A stretch of 64,000 nt of DNA from positions 19,716,001 through 19,780,000 of the forward strand of contig OX597814.1 of NCBI GenBank assembly GCA_951406725.2, given 5' to 3'. The stretch is from Octopus vulgaris. Its lineage: Eukaryota. The notes under the pieces were generated by a model. That model did no database searches, was not told the origin of the DNA, and saw only the letters and a list, made by a program, of their open reading frames with translations. Position numbers and translations under genes: made by a program. Below, piece after piece: positions 26,331 to 39,642 of the stretch; positions within the stretch are counted from its first letter, which is position 1; every line of letters starts with the position of its first letter.

Positions 26331-27719
26331 TTTACACAATTCGATATTGTTGATTTTTATGCCTCTATCTCTAAAGAACTGCTAGATAAAGCCCTAATCT
26401 TCGCTAGTGACTTCATAGAAATTAGTACCAATGATAAGGATATAATCTTCCATGCTAGAAAGACATTACTTTTCAGTGAGAATGCAAAGTGGGTAAAAAA
26501 CACCGACACGGAGGGCGCTTTCGATGTGAGCATGGGTTCATATGATGGGGCAGGCATCTGTGATCTAATTGGACTCTTTCTCCTAGATACCTTCAGTAAG
26601 ACATTCCCTAACGTACATTTCGCCATCTACAAAGATGATGCCCTCGCCTTAACAGCTAATACAAATGGACCAGCACAAGATCGTTTTAGGAAGGATATTA
26701 TCCAGTTAATGAAACACTTCGGACTTAGTATAACTATAGACACTAACCTGACGGTTGTCAATTTCTTAGACGTTTCCTTAGATCTTAATAATAATATTTA
26801 TAAGCCTTATAGGAAGCCCAATGATAGACTAAGTTATATTAATGTAGGTTCATGCCATCCCCCTATAGTATTCAAAAATTTAGTTAAAAATATTAGTAAG
26901 AGGATTTCTAGCCTCTCATCTAATGAGGACATCTTCAATAGCGTTGCCCCAGTTTATAATAAAGCTTTAAAAGATAGTGGTTTTAGCGAAAAAATAAAAT
27001 ATACACCTATCACCAGCCCAACAATAAGGAAAAGGAATAATAGAAATAGGAAGGTCATCTGGTTTACGCCCCCTTACTCACCCGAGGTGGCCTTCAATAT
27101 AGGTAAATATTTCCTAGCACTGATAGATAGACATTTTCCAGTTAACCATGCTTATAGGAAACTCTTCAATAGACACAATTTAAAAATTAGTTTTAGTTCA
27201 ACTACCAATTTTAAAAACATAATCAATCATAACATACAAAAAACACAAGAAGAAAACAGCTGTTCATGCAGGAATAAAGAATTGTGCCCGCTAAATGGAG
27301 CTTGCATGTCCAAGACCATCATATATGAAGCTACCGTAAACTCTATAACCACTAAAGACACCGTTTTGACGAAGAAATACGTGGGCCTGACAGAGGGTAA
27401 TTTCAAGGCCAGGTTCAATAACCACACTTTGAGCTTTAGGCACTGGAACAAAAGAAAAGCGACACAATTATCCAATCATATTTGGTCTTTAAGAGATAAA
27501 GGTGTCGATTATAACATACAATGGAAGATTTTGGCCAGATGTAAGCCCTATACTAACGGCAGCGGAAGGTGCGGTTTATGCGACATGGAGAGATGGCTTA
27601 TCTGGAAAAGCAGCTTAGACCCTACCACATGTCTAAATACAAGGACAGAACTTTTCGGATCATGCCCACATGTGACTAAATTTCTGTTACGTTTTTGGTC
27701 CCCTAAAGAAAACGGATAG
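26331..27719 (+). CDS. Penelope RT + GIY-YIG endonuclease (N-terminally truncated; frame open from 26331)
   Basis: [53 protein letters not shown] (CxCx5C linker), IIYEATV...[30 protein letters not shown]. Confidence 0.9.
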   Translation, partial: FTQFDIVDFYASISKELLDKALIFASDFIEISTNDKDIIFHARKTLLFSENAKWVKNTDTEGAFDVSMGSYDGAGICDLIGLFLLDTFSKTFPNVHFAIYKDDALALTANTNGPAQDRFRKDIIQLMKHFGLSITIDTNLTVVNFLDVSLDLNNNIYKPYRKPNDRLSYINVGSCHPPIVFKNLVKNISKRISSLSSNEDIFNSVAPVYNKALKDSGFSEKIKYTPITSPTIRKRNNRNRKVIWFTPPYSPEVAFNIGKYFLALIDRHFPVNHAYRKLFNRHNLKISFSSTTNFKNIINHNIQKTQEENSCSCRNKELCPLNGACMSKTIIYEATVNSITTKDTVLTKKYVGLTEGNFKARFNNHTLSFRHWNKRKATQLSNHIWSLRDKGVDYNIQWKILARCKPYTNGSGRCGLCDMERWLIWKSSLDPTTCLNTRTELFGSCPHVTKFLLRFWSPKENG

Positions 27720-27913
27720 AACATGCTTTCTGTGTTATGTCCCAAGAAGATTTTATATATTTTTATATATTTTTATATATTTTTATGTATTTTTATATAA
27801 TTTTTATGACGAAAAATGCGAGCGATGTATAAGTACGCAGGCAAAGCAGAGTTATAACAGAGTAATTTCCCTTCATTTTTAACGGTATTTTTTCATAACG
27901 TTTTCAAATAGCC

Positions 27914-27976
27914 AGATAACCGAAGAGATGGTGTTGTGGATTTCCACTTCGGCATCTGAAACTCAGAGTTTTATCT
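27914..27976 (+). ncRNA. Type I hammerhead ribozyme motif in the Penelope pLTR
   Basis: Stem I AGATAA/TTATCT; core CCGAAGA; stem II GATG..GTGGA/TCCAC..CATC; GAAA; stem III CTC-A-GAG; GUU triplet. Confidence 0.75.
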
Positions 27977-28083
27977 TGACTACCGAGTAATGTAACATAT
28001 TGTATAGATAATTTCCTCTATTTACATAATATGAGGTCTCAGGTGGGTCTCTTTCTTTCTTTTGTTATCTTACCGTTTTATCA

Positions 28084-28143
<60 letters not shown>

Positions 28144-28265
28144 TTGTATACCTGTATAAAAATACTACAAACTGGGACAAGAACGCAAAACATTTAGGGG
28201 ACGATACAAAAAAACACGGACGGGATATTCGAAGCCTTCAATCTTCAGTCAAGAACCGGATCATC

Positions 28266-28313
<48 letters not shown>

Positions 28314-28874
28314 TATCTATACCGTGCATTTCAAAACTCATCTACAGTTATCAGTCACCAAATGCTGTCATACAGCAAGAATAGTCTTCTTTACAGGATA
28401 TAGCCCCGGAGATCCGTTAACGTAAAGGCCTTGTGGGAGTGGATTTGGTAGACGGAAACTGAACAAGCCCAATTGTATATATATATAGTATACAGCTGAT
28501 ATGTGTGTGTGTTGCTGAGTTGTTCCCCTAGCATTGCTTGACAACCGATGCTGGTGTGATTCCGTCCTCGTCACTTTTTCGGCAAAAAGAGAGCGATAGA
28601 ATAAGTACCGGGCTTTTACAAAAAGAGAATAAGTCCTCGGGGTCGAGTTGCACGACTAAAGGCGGTGCCTGGTACGCAGTCAACTGACTGAAACAAGTAA
28701 AAGAGTAAAAGAGTATATTTGTGTGCAAGTGTTTAGTGTGTGTGCAACCATTTATAAGAATGTATGTATATATATGTAGGGATATTTATTTATTTACAAC
28801 ATTAACAGCTGTTACTAATGCACAGAAACAATTGTTGTAATTTGACTAAAGCCTGATCATTCTATCTCCTTATT

Positions 28875-28925
<51 letters not shown>

Positions 28926-28976
28926 GTTACCATTGTTATTTTATCTTCTCCTCCTCCTCCTCCTTCTCCCTTGCTG

Positions 28977-29027
<51 letters not shown>

Positions 29028-29587
29028 TTACTTCTTCTACTATTACTACTACTACCACTGGTGCTGCTGTTGCTTACTACAGTCTTTGATGTATGCTGCA
29101 ACTGTATATATATAGACATACATATATGTGTGTGTATATATGTGTGTGTGCGTATATACCCTATATATATATATGTATATATATATGTGTGCATATATAT
29201 ATATATGTATGTTTATGTGTATGTATGTACGAGTGCATGTATATGCGTGTGTGTGTGTGTGTGCATACGTATGTAAGTGTGTATAGATCCTTACATGTAT
29301 ACATGCATACATATGCATACATAGTAACATACATATATTCACACATGCATTTACGAAAACACATAAACACACACACACACACAGATACACACGCAGACGC
29401 ATACATACATACACGCATATAGCTGTCCACATATGGCTGGTTTTGAGCCCTTAATATACACATGTATTAGAATTTTCTCTGATTTCTCAGGACTTTTTAT
29501 GCTAGGTTATCCATTGGTTTTGAAATGATATTAATTAAATTAATATTCAATTCATTGGATGAGTATATATACATATATATATATATG

Positions 29588-29651
<64 letters not shown>

Positions 29652-29665
29652 ATAAAGTATATATA

Positions 29666-29728
<63 letters not shown>

Positions 29729-30585
29729 ATATATATTTATATACATATATGTGTATGCAGCATACATACATACATACATACATACATACATACATACATA
29801 CATACATACATAGATATATATAGTAGTAGTAGTATATAGGTGTGTGTGTGTATATATGTATGTATGTATGTATGCATACACACACACATATACATGCATA
29901 TATATATTCATATATATACACATGTGTATATTAAGGGCTAAAAAGCCAATTATGTGGACAGCCATATGCTAGAAATAGATCACTCCATGATCAAACTACA
30001 AAGAAAGAATGTTCTCTAGGGAATACATGTGTATATTAATGTGCATACATAAATACATATATATATAAATATGCATACATACATACATACATGCATACAT
30101 GCATACATTCATTCATACATACATACATATTCATACATACATACATACATACATACATGCAGGGTGAATGTATGTTTGATTAAAGGTATATGTGTGTATA
30201 TTGTAGCGTGAGTGTTAGCGAGTAGATAGAGACTACTAGGTAGTGGTATATATGGTGGTGATATATATATAGTATGGTGGGTGGTATATATATATATTGT
30301 ATAATTAGTGGCGGTCGTAGTAAAATAAATGGCGGTACTTTGCCACATACTGAACTTGCTAGAAATAGCAGCCCCAAAAAGGTGGTTTTTTGCCATTTCC
30401 ACTACTTAAAGAAAATTTCTCTCAGATAATACGTCGTCTCAATGGTGTTGGCGGTAGCAGCAGTATATATATATATATATATATATGATATACGGTGATG
30501 TACATATATACATCTATCTAGTGCTATCTATGGTATGGCGTGATCTAGTATATATATATATATAACATGCACATATATATATATA

Positions 30586-30719
30586 TGGTGGTGGTGGAGG
30601 TGGTGGTGGTGGTGGTGGCGGTGGCGGTGGCAGTGGCGGTGGCGGTGGTGGTGGTGGTGGAGGTGGTGGTCTATCTATCTATCTATCTATCTATCTGGCT
30701 ATCTATCTATCTATCTATC

Positions 30720-30770
<51 letters not shown>

Positions 30771-31006
30771 AGGTATATGGTGGTGGTGGTGGTGGCGGTG
30801 GCGGTGGCGGTAACCAACTGGCGGTGGTGGTCCGTGGTGGAGGTGGTGGTGGTGGCATCTGGTGGTGGCAATTGGTCTGTGGTGGTGGTAGCCTCGGTGC
30901 CGACCAATGCCTGGTGAGTGGAGGTGGTGGTGGTGGTGGTGGTGGCGGTGGAAACGGTGAAAGCAGTGGTGGTGGTGGTGGTGGTGGTGGTGGCGGTGGC
31001 GGTGGC

Positions 31007-31038
<32 letters not shown>

Positions 31039-31148
31039 TATATGTGGTGGTGGTGGTGGCGGTGGTGGTGGTGGCGGTGGTGGTGGTGGCGGTGGTGGTG
31101 GTGGTGGTGGTGGTCAACGGTGGCGGTGGTGGTGGTGGTGGTGGTGGT
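30586..31148. repeat. (GGT/GGC)n trinucleotide repeat region
   Basis: Direct observation. The Gly/Val/Thr-rich ORFs here are artefacts. Confidence 0.9.
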
Positions 31149-31163
31149 CTGTGTGTGTGTGTA

Positions 31164-31197
<34 letters not shown>

Positions 31198-31417
31198 TGC
31201 GTGTGTACGTACGTGTGTGTCTGTGCCTGAATCTGTGTGTATATATGTGTAAGGAAGGAAATGAGGGAGAGAGAAAGAATATGGTTGTTTGCGCGTGTGC
31301 GTGTGTGTATGTGTGTGTGTGTGTGTGCGTGTTTGTGTCTGTGTGCATATCTGTGTGTGTCTATGTGTGTGTACCTGTGTTATATACTCACATGGAAATG
31401 AGAGAAAACATGGACGC

Positions 31418-31490
<73 letters not shown>

Positions 31491-31939
31491 CGTGTGTGTG
31501 TCGTGCGTGTGTATAGGCGCACTCTCGTGTGTCTGTACATGTGCGTGTGTGTTTGTACGTGCGTGTGTCTATGAGAGAGTGATGTGCGTTTGTGTGTGCG
31601 TATGTGCGTGTGTGTGTGAGAGAGAGAGAGGTAGACAGCCAGAAAAAGAGAGAGACAGGCAGAGAAATGGAGACAGACAGAGAGAGGGAGAGAGACTGCA
31701 ATAGAGAGCATATGTGCGTGAGCATCAATTAGAGTGAAAACGAGAGAGTAAAGACATGAGTGAGAGAGAGAGAGAGAGAGAGAGTTGGAGGGAGAAAAGT
31801 TTCTCTCAGAGAAAATAAGAGAAACACAAATAAAAGAGAAAGAGAGAGAGAGAGAGAGAGGAACGGAAAGAGAGAGAGTGAGAGAGTTGGAGAGAGAAAA
31901 GTTTCTCGGAGAAAATAAGAGAAACACAAATAAAAAGAG

Positions 31940-31975
<36 letters not shown>

Positions 31976-32047
31976 TGGAAAGAGAGAGAGTGAGAGAGAG
32001 ATGGGGAAGGAAAGATGAATTGACAGGAGACAAAAACGGTGCGTCGT

Positions 32048-32123
32048 TCATTGCTCACTACTCAGTGCACACTGCTCACTGCACATTGCACACTGCAAAA
32101 GGATAGCAAAACAGAAGGTAAGT
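32048..32123 (+). promoter_or_regulatory. Candidate TSS and short non-coding first exon with consensus donor
   Basis: Inr-like TCATT (32048) and TCAGT (32062) lie downstream of long (GA)n tracts. AAG|GTAAGT at 32117/32118, in a unique-sequence island. Confidence 0.35.
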
Positions 32124-32416
32124 GGCCTGTGATTTAAAGCGGCTGGCTGCGTCATCGTAAGAAAACAGATGGACGTTGATAGAGGCGCTGAATTATTGCC
32201 TAACCAACCGTTTCTCAATACGTATAGTCACTCCCACCCTTCCCTTTGCTACTCCCACAACTGCGCTTACTACTACTGCTGCTTCCCGCGCCCATACATT
32301 TCTACTTTCACTATCGCTGCTCCTGCTGCTTCCGCGCCCATACATTTCTACTTTCACTATCGCTGCTCCTGCTGCTTAAACCACCACATTCGTTCTCTCT
32401 TTTCTATCTATCTCTT

Positions 32417-32454
<38 letters not shown>

Positions 32455-32659
32455 ACTTCTCTCGCTCTCCTTCTCTCTCTTCTCTATCTCTCCCCCTCCC
32501 CCCTCTCTCTTCTCTATCTCTCCCCCTCCCTCCTCTCTCTCATTGTATATGTTACACACACACGTACATACCTACATACATATTTCACTTGCTTCCACAC
32601 TGTCTCTTTCGTTCGCTATCTTCTCACTCTCTCTCCCTTTCTCTCTCTCTTTCTGCATA

Positions 32660-32697
<38 letters not shown>

Positions 32698-33136
32698 TTA
32701 TATACTAACATCATTTCATCATCATCATCACTTTTCTACTCATGCTGAAAATAGCAGCCATTACTCTGACTCTTTATAATTTTACAACCTTAAGTCAATC
32801 TTAAGTCCGAAACACAGGTAGACAATCTAGTTTATCTAATCCCCTCTCTATAAAGCTGTTCAATGTTCATTCTCACTCACTTTTTGACTCTTTCTCACTC
32901 TCTGTCTGACTCGCTCCCAGCAAAGAAGGACATTGTGGAAGACAATTTAAATGCTAGAAATAGCAGCAAAACAACTCCTTAGAAATATCTATCTATTTTA
33001 ACAATATCTATCTATATATATTTATCTATCTATCTGTCTGTCTCTCACTTATTCTGTGTGTGTATGTAAGATGCAAGTACTTTTGCATTTATATTTCCGT
33101 ATACTTGTTTACATTCATACTTACATTTACACACAC

Positions 33137-33220
<84 letters not shown>

Positions 33221-33225
33221 ACATA

Positions 33226-33272
<47 letters not shown>

Positions 33273-33502
33273 CATGTACATATAGATATGTGTATATATA
33301 TATACGCACACATACATATATATGTATACATATATACGACGGGCTTTTTTCAGTTTCCGTCTACCAAATCCACTCACAAAGCTTTGGTCGGCTTGAGGCT
33401 ATAGCTGAAGACACTTGCCCAAGGTGCCACGCAGTGGAAATGAACCCGGAACAATGTGGTTGGTAAGCAAGATACGTACCACACAGTCACTAATATATAT
33501 AT

Positions 33503-33534
<32 letters not shown>

Positions 33535-33555
33535 CACGCACATATATACATATTT

Positions 33556-33665
<110 letters not shown>

Positions 33666-33997
33666 GTGTGTGTATTCCGTCTGTTTACGTTCAGATTCTA
33701 CCGAGGCTAACTTTGCTTTTCATCCATTCGGGTTGGATAAATATAGTACCAGTTCTATGCTGGAGTCGATTCTAACCCCCCTACCCCCGTACACACACAC
33801 ACACACACACACACACATACGCACTTTCTTTTGCTCTCTCGCTCGCTCTTTCATTGGAAAGAAAACGGCTGTTGTCGAACTTAATTCAAACGTGTATTTA
33901 TATATTGTCAAATCAAAATAAATTCTAAATATATTCTATGTGCATTTTCAATTTCTTTTCTCCTAGAACACACATACACACACACACACATATATGT

Positions 33998-34167
33998 TCG
34001 AGGTGGGCTCAAAAGTTCCTGACTGTTTAATAGAAAATTAATTATGATTTTATTTAACATATTCCACTTTCACAATCACACACTTATTGCAGTGGTCCTT
34101 CAGTAGGCCTCCAACTTGGCATTTTGAGATACCCTTTAAACCAGGAACTTTACAATTCCTCCTCGTA
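33998..34167. mobile_element. Mariner-derived MITE
   Basis: Degenerate TIRs cgagg...aaaagttcctg / caggaacttt...cctcgta. Confidence 0.55.
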
Positions 34168-34294
34168 TATATACCTACATATACATATCCATATATAAAC
34201 ACATATACATATATAACAGCCATGTACATATAAGTGTTGTTATATATACGTGTTTATAAATATATATCTGTATAGATATATATATGTATGTATC

Positions 34295-34338
<44 letters not shown>

Positions 34339-34435
34339 CATTTATATATACATGTATATACATGTATATATACATATATATATATACATATATATATACA
34401 TATATATATACATGTATATATACATGTATATATAC

Positions 34436-34486
<51 letters not shown>

Positions 34487-34928
34487 TGAGATATATATAT
34501 ATATATATATATATACGCAAGTGAGTTTATATGTGTGGGGGGGGGGCGCAATGACCCAGTGGTTAAGGCAGCGGACTCGCTGTTATAGGATCGCGGTTTC
34601 GATTCCGTGACCGGGCGTTGTTAGTGTTTATTGAGCGAAAGCACCTAAGAGGCTCCGGCAGGGGGTGGTGGCGAACCCTGCAGTATTCTTTCACCAAAAG
34701 TTTCTCTCACACTTTCTTCCTGTTGTACCTATATTTCAAAGAGCCAGCCTTGTCACACTCCGTGTCACGCTGAATCTCCCCGAGAACTACGTTAAGGGTA
34801 CACGTGGCTGTGGAGTGGTTAGGCACTTGCATGTTAATTTCACGGGCAGGCTGCTCCGTTGATCGGATAAGTTCGAACCTTCGTCGTCGTACCCTTCGCA
34901 GTACCACGATATATATATATATTTATAT

Positions 34929-35004
<76 letters not shown>

Positions 35005-35229
35005 CTTTATTTTAAGCAGCAGAAAATTCCACAAAATCTGTTACTCTGAGTTTCTCGTTGCCGTTCATCAGACAGTTTTTGCTAGCAAAAACTGTCTGAT
35101 GAACGGCAACGAAAACTCAAATAACAGATTTTGTTGAATTTTCTGCTGCTTAAAATAAAGCATATTACTCTACCACTGGTATTTGAGTACTCTTTTTTCC
35201 ACCTTGTTTCACATTTATGTGTTTACTCC

Positions 35230-35231
<2 letters not shown>
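35005..35231. mobile_element. Fold-back HHR element in (TA)n
   Basis: Spacerless palindrome 35005-35160 centred on GCT|AGC, plus a 70-bp unpaired tail. Confidence 0.85.
35038..35075 (-). ncRNA. Minimal type I hammerhead ribozyme
   Basis: CTGT-CTGATGA-A-CG-GCAA-CG-A-GAAA-CTC-A-GAG-T-A-ACAG. The mirror copy at about 35092-35127(+) is degenerate. Confidence 0.75.
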
Positions 35232-35285
<54 letters not shown>

Positions 35286-35342
35286 TACATACATACATAT
35301 ATACATATATATATATACATATATATATATATGTGTGTGTGT

Positions 35343-35390
<48 letters not shown>

Positions 35391-35531
35391 ATATATATTT
35401 ATATATATATATATATATATATATGTATGCGTCCTGTACTCACGTATAATTATTTATATATGCATGTATATATACATGTAGATGTAGGTACGTACATATA
35501 TGTTTGTATGTATGCATATATTTTTATTTAT

Positions 35532-35616
<85 letters not shown>

Positions 35617-35699
35617 AGATATAGATATATACGTTTATCTAATCGTTTCGCAAGGCTCCTGGTGTGAAATTGTGTGTTGAAATAGATACTTTTCTTTTT

Positions 35700-36040
35700 C
35701 GGGATGGTCATTTTATTTATTTATTTATTTATTTGACAAATAAACACACACACACTATATATATATTTTTTCCTCTTTTCCTTCACTTGCTTATTACTAT
35801 TCTTATTCTATTATATTAGCGCTTGTCCATTGTCCAGAGATCTTTCATCCCTCATCTTCTTAGAAGAACAGAATGGAGTAAGTGGTGCAAGAACACACAC
35901 GCAAACGAAAAGTGTCGCTGAAGAGGTTACAGATGTAACCTCTTCAGATTAGTGAAGAAAACGGGGGGGGGGGTATAAATATATACAGTGCGTGTGTTTA
36001 TTTGGCAAAAAGTAAATGAATAAATAGAATGACCATCCCA
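35700..36040. repeat. Degenerate fold-back element with internal perfect hairpin
   Basis: Arms gggatggtcatt..aaataaacacac / gtgtgtttattt..aatgaccatccc. Hairpin CTGAAGAGGTTACA-GA-TGTAACCTCTTCAG at 35918-35947. Confidence 0.65.
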
Positions 36041-36075
36041 AAATACAATATACATACATATATATATATAGAGAG

Positions 36076-36144
<69 letters not shown>

Positions 36145-36182
36145 TATATGTACATATATATGTATGTATATATATATGTATG

Positions 36183-36230
<48 letters not shown>

Positions 36231-36277
36231 CATGTATGTATGTATGTATGTATGTATGTATGTATGTATGTATGTAT

Positions 36278-36524
36278 ATAGGGAGCAAAAATGCTGGAGA
36301 ATGAGTATACACTACGTGGCAAAATTATGGAGTGAAAATATGTAGAAAGCATATATAAAAGGGGAAGAGAAATGCTTTCATTTCACATAGTTTTTATATC
36401 TTTTTATAAAAGATTACCATCCATAAAATATGCACATATATTTTTTTATAAAAAGATATTAAAACTTTGTGAAATGAAGGCATTTCTCGTCCCTTTTTTA
36501 TATATGCTTTCTTCATATTTACAC

Positions 36525-36525
<1 letters not shown>
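36278..36525. repeat. Fold-back element within microsatellite
   Basis: Imperfect inverted arms of about 85 bp (36328-36413 / 36443-36525) plus a 50-bp tail. Confidence 0.75.
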
Positions 36526-36578
<53 letters not shown>

Positions 36579-36596
36579 CGTACATACATACATACA

Positions 36597-36691
<95 letters not shown>

Positions 36692-36925
36692 GTGTATGTA
36701 TGTATATGTACCTATATGCTTAATCTAGGCTTACCTGTTGATGAAGACCTCACCTAGCAAATTTTTTTATTTGCTTAAAAAATGTCTGAAACCATGGTCC
36801 AGGAGATAGATGGTAAATATTTTATTTTTCATTCCCTTGGGCTTTTATCACTAATAGTGGTTTGAAATCCTATGATGGATACCTTCTATGTGTTTAAATG
36901 TACACTGTATATATATATATATATA

Positions 36926-37092
36926 GGCAAAATTAATACAGGTCACAAAGTGACAGAAGGTATTCACTAGCATCACTATTGCTAGAAATAAAAGTCAAGG
37001 TAACTTCTTGAGTTGTTTTAACTCTTATTTCTAGCAATAGTGGTACCAGCCAGTACCCTCTGTCACTTTTGAGACCACTATTAATTTTGCCT
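36926..37092. mobile_element. Palindromic MITE-like element
   Basis: aggcaaaattaata...tattaattttgcct termini; inner arms cactattgctagaaataa / ttatttctagcaatagtg. Confidence 0.7.
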
Positions 37093-37131
37093 TAACGTTC
37101 AAATCACTAATAAGCCACCCTTACAATTTGT

Positions 37132-37251
<120 letters not shown>

Positions 37252-38596
37252 GTGCGCGCGTGCGTGTGTGATAAATTTTGTGTCTCCCTACAAACAATAT
37301 CATTTCAGTTAAAGGTACAAGACTCGAAATTTTGATCGTGTCGATGGGGTCTGGTTGATTATAGTGCTCAACTGGTACTTAATTTCTCAACCCCAAAAGG
37401 ATGAGAGACGAAGTCGGCCTCGTCGAAATTTGAACTGAAAATGTAAGCACAAACGACGCCTCATCGATGGGATTTAGTTGGTTACGGTGTTCAACTGGTA
37501 CTTAATTTATGGACCCAAGAAGGATGAAAGGCAAATATTGACCTCGGCGAAATTTGAACTCAGAACGGACGGAATGCCGCTAAGCATTGTGCTACAAGGT
37601 TTCTTTCTGCCACGCCGGACGAAATGCACAGCGATATTTCGTCTGCCGTTACGGTCTGATTTCAAATTTCGCAGAGGTTGACTTTGCCTTTCATCCTTTC
37701 GGGGTCGATTAAATAAGTACCAGTTACGCATGGCGTCGATGTAATCGACTTAATCCCTTTGTCTGTGCTTGTTTGTCCTCTCTGTGTTTATCCCCCTGTG
37801 GGCAATAAAGAAATAAATGTCGATGTAGTGACAGTAAAGAAATAGATATTTCGTCTGCCGTTACGGTCTGATTTCAAATTCTATCGAGGTCGACTTTACC
37901 TTTCACATTTCAGGGTCGATTAAATAAGTACCAGTTACGCACTAGGGTCGATGTAATCGACTTAATCCCTTTGTCTGTGCTTGTTTGTCGCCTCTATGTT
38001 TATCCCCCTGTGGGCAATAAAGAAATAAATGTCGATGTAGTGGTGTTCGTCCTCTGTTAGAGTGCGGAAGTTTCCAAAATACAGCATCCAATATGGCCTT
38101 GGTTTCAGCACAAACTTACTCTGAGTTGAGCAAACAATAATACAATGTCACCATCACCGCCACCCCCACCCCCCACTACTACACCACTGCCTCTATCTTC
38201 TATAAGCCAGTCCCACCATGGACATCATGAGTATTATATGCACCTTATGAATCATTTTCTTTAGTCAGTATTCGTCTTTGCCGTCTCCTACTTCTTCTTC
38301 TTCATCATAATGGTCGTCATCATGATCATCATTTTCTAGTCTCTTTCATCTTTCTTTTTTTCCTTTATTTTATTCTTTTCTTCTAATGCTTCACAATATT
38401 TTCTTTCTTTTTTTCTACTTTCATCTATTTCGTTACTTACCTGTTTCTTTTTTCTTTCTTTTTTTCATCCTCAAATTCCTCGCCTCCTCCTCATCATCAT
38501 CATCATTATCATCTATTACAATTACTACTGCGGCTGGTCATGCTTTTTCTGCTACTACTACTACTACTACTTCTACTACTACCTCTAATACCACTA

Positions 38597-38889
38597 CTTT
38601 TATTTTTTAACCCCTTCCTCTAAAATTCTCCTCTCCAAACGATTATCTTTACTTTCCTCTGCTGCCATTTTAGTCCACGTCTTCACCCATCCTTTCACAT
38701 CCCATCTCTTCTACTACCCCTTCCTTCAAGTCGCCCTCTCGCCTTTTATTTTTTAACCCCCTCCTCTAAAATTCTCCTCTCCAGACGATTATCTTTACTT
38801 TCCTCTGCTGCCATTTTAGTCCACGTCTTCACCCATCCTTTCACATCCCACCTCTACTACTACCCCTTCCTTCAAGTCGCCCTCTCGCC
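38597..38889 (+). repeat. Tandem duplication, about 146-bp unit x2
   Basis: Near-identical direct copies with a few substitutions. Confidence 0.9.
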
Positions 38890-39412
38890 CATCGTCCGTA
38901 CATACGTTAAATGTAGTGAGACAACCGTACCGACAAACAGGCGTACATAACGTCAGTCTCGCTACTTTTCTTCAGTTATCTTATTCATCACTCTCCTTTC
39001 GTTTCATCACAGATGATTCTCCTGTCACCGAGTCAAATTCCATTCTTTTTGTCTTTTATTTTTTCTTGTTCCTGTTTTATTATTCCTAACGTCCTTCTGT
39101 CGAACCAACCAGCGATCTATCAATACATCTATCTGTCCGTCATATCATCCATCTATCTAAACATCCCTTTAACGAACTAACCAACCATCTATCTACTCGT
39201 CCAGCAATCCGTCCATCCAAACATCTAGTTAGATAATCAGTTGGTCACGTAACCAGCCAGCAAAACTACCAGCCAACCGTCCATCTGTCCAACCAATCTA
39301 GTCAACCTTCTTGCATTCCATCGAACCATCCATCCAGCCATCAAACTATCCACTCAACCATCCAAGCATCCATGCAATCATCTAACCATCCATCTATATA
39401 TGCATGTATAAA

Positions 39413-39642
39413 GGCGGCGAGCTGGCAGAAACGTTAGCACGCCGGGCGAAATGCGTGGCCGTATTTCGTCTGCCGTTACGTTCTGAGTTCAAATTCCGCC
39501 GAGGTCGACTTTGCATTTCATCCTTTCGGGGTCGATAAATTAAGTACCAGTTGCGCACTGGGGTCGATGTAATCGACTTAATCCCTTTGTCTGTCTTTGT
39601 TTGTCCTCTCTGTGTTTAGCCCCTTGTGGGTAGTAAAGAAAT
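39413..39642 (+). mobile_element. SINE family A monomer
   Basis: Near-identical to 8689-8920. Confidence 0.85.

Larger units (their letters stand above)
26331..28085 (+). mobile_element. 5'-truncated Penelope-like retroelement (Naiad-type) with 3' pLTR, embedded in (TA)n
   Basis: RT plus C-terminal GIY-YIG ORF, then a 3' region with an HHR. (TA)n lies on both sides. Confidence 0.92.

Noticed and set aside
27805-27860. Possible SECIS (ATGA...) in the Penelope 3' region
   Set aside because: The stem geometry is unconvincing and the visible ORF has no in-frame TGA.
30719-31574. Gly-rich or mucin-like ORFs
   Set aside because: (GGT)n/(GT)n repeats open in multiple frames and interleaved with other microsatellites.
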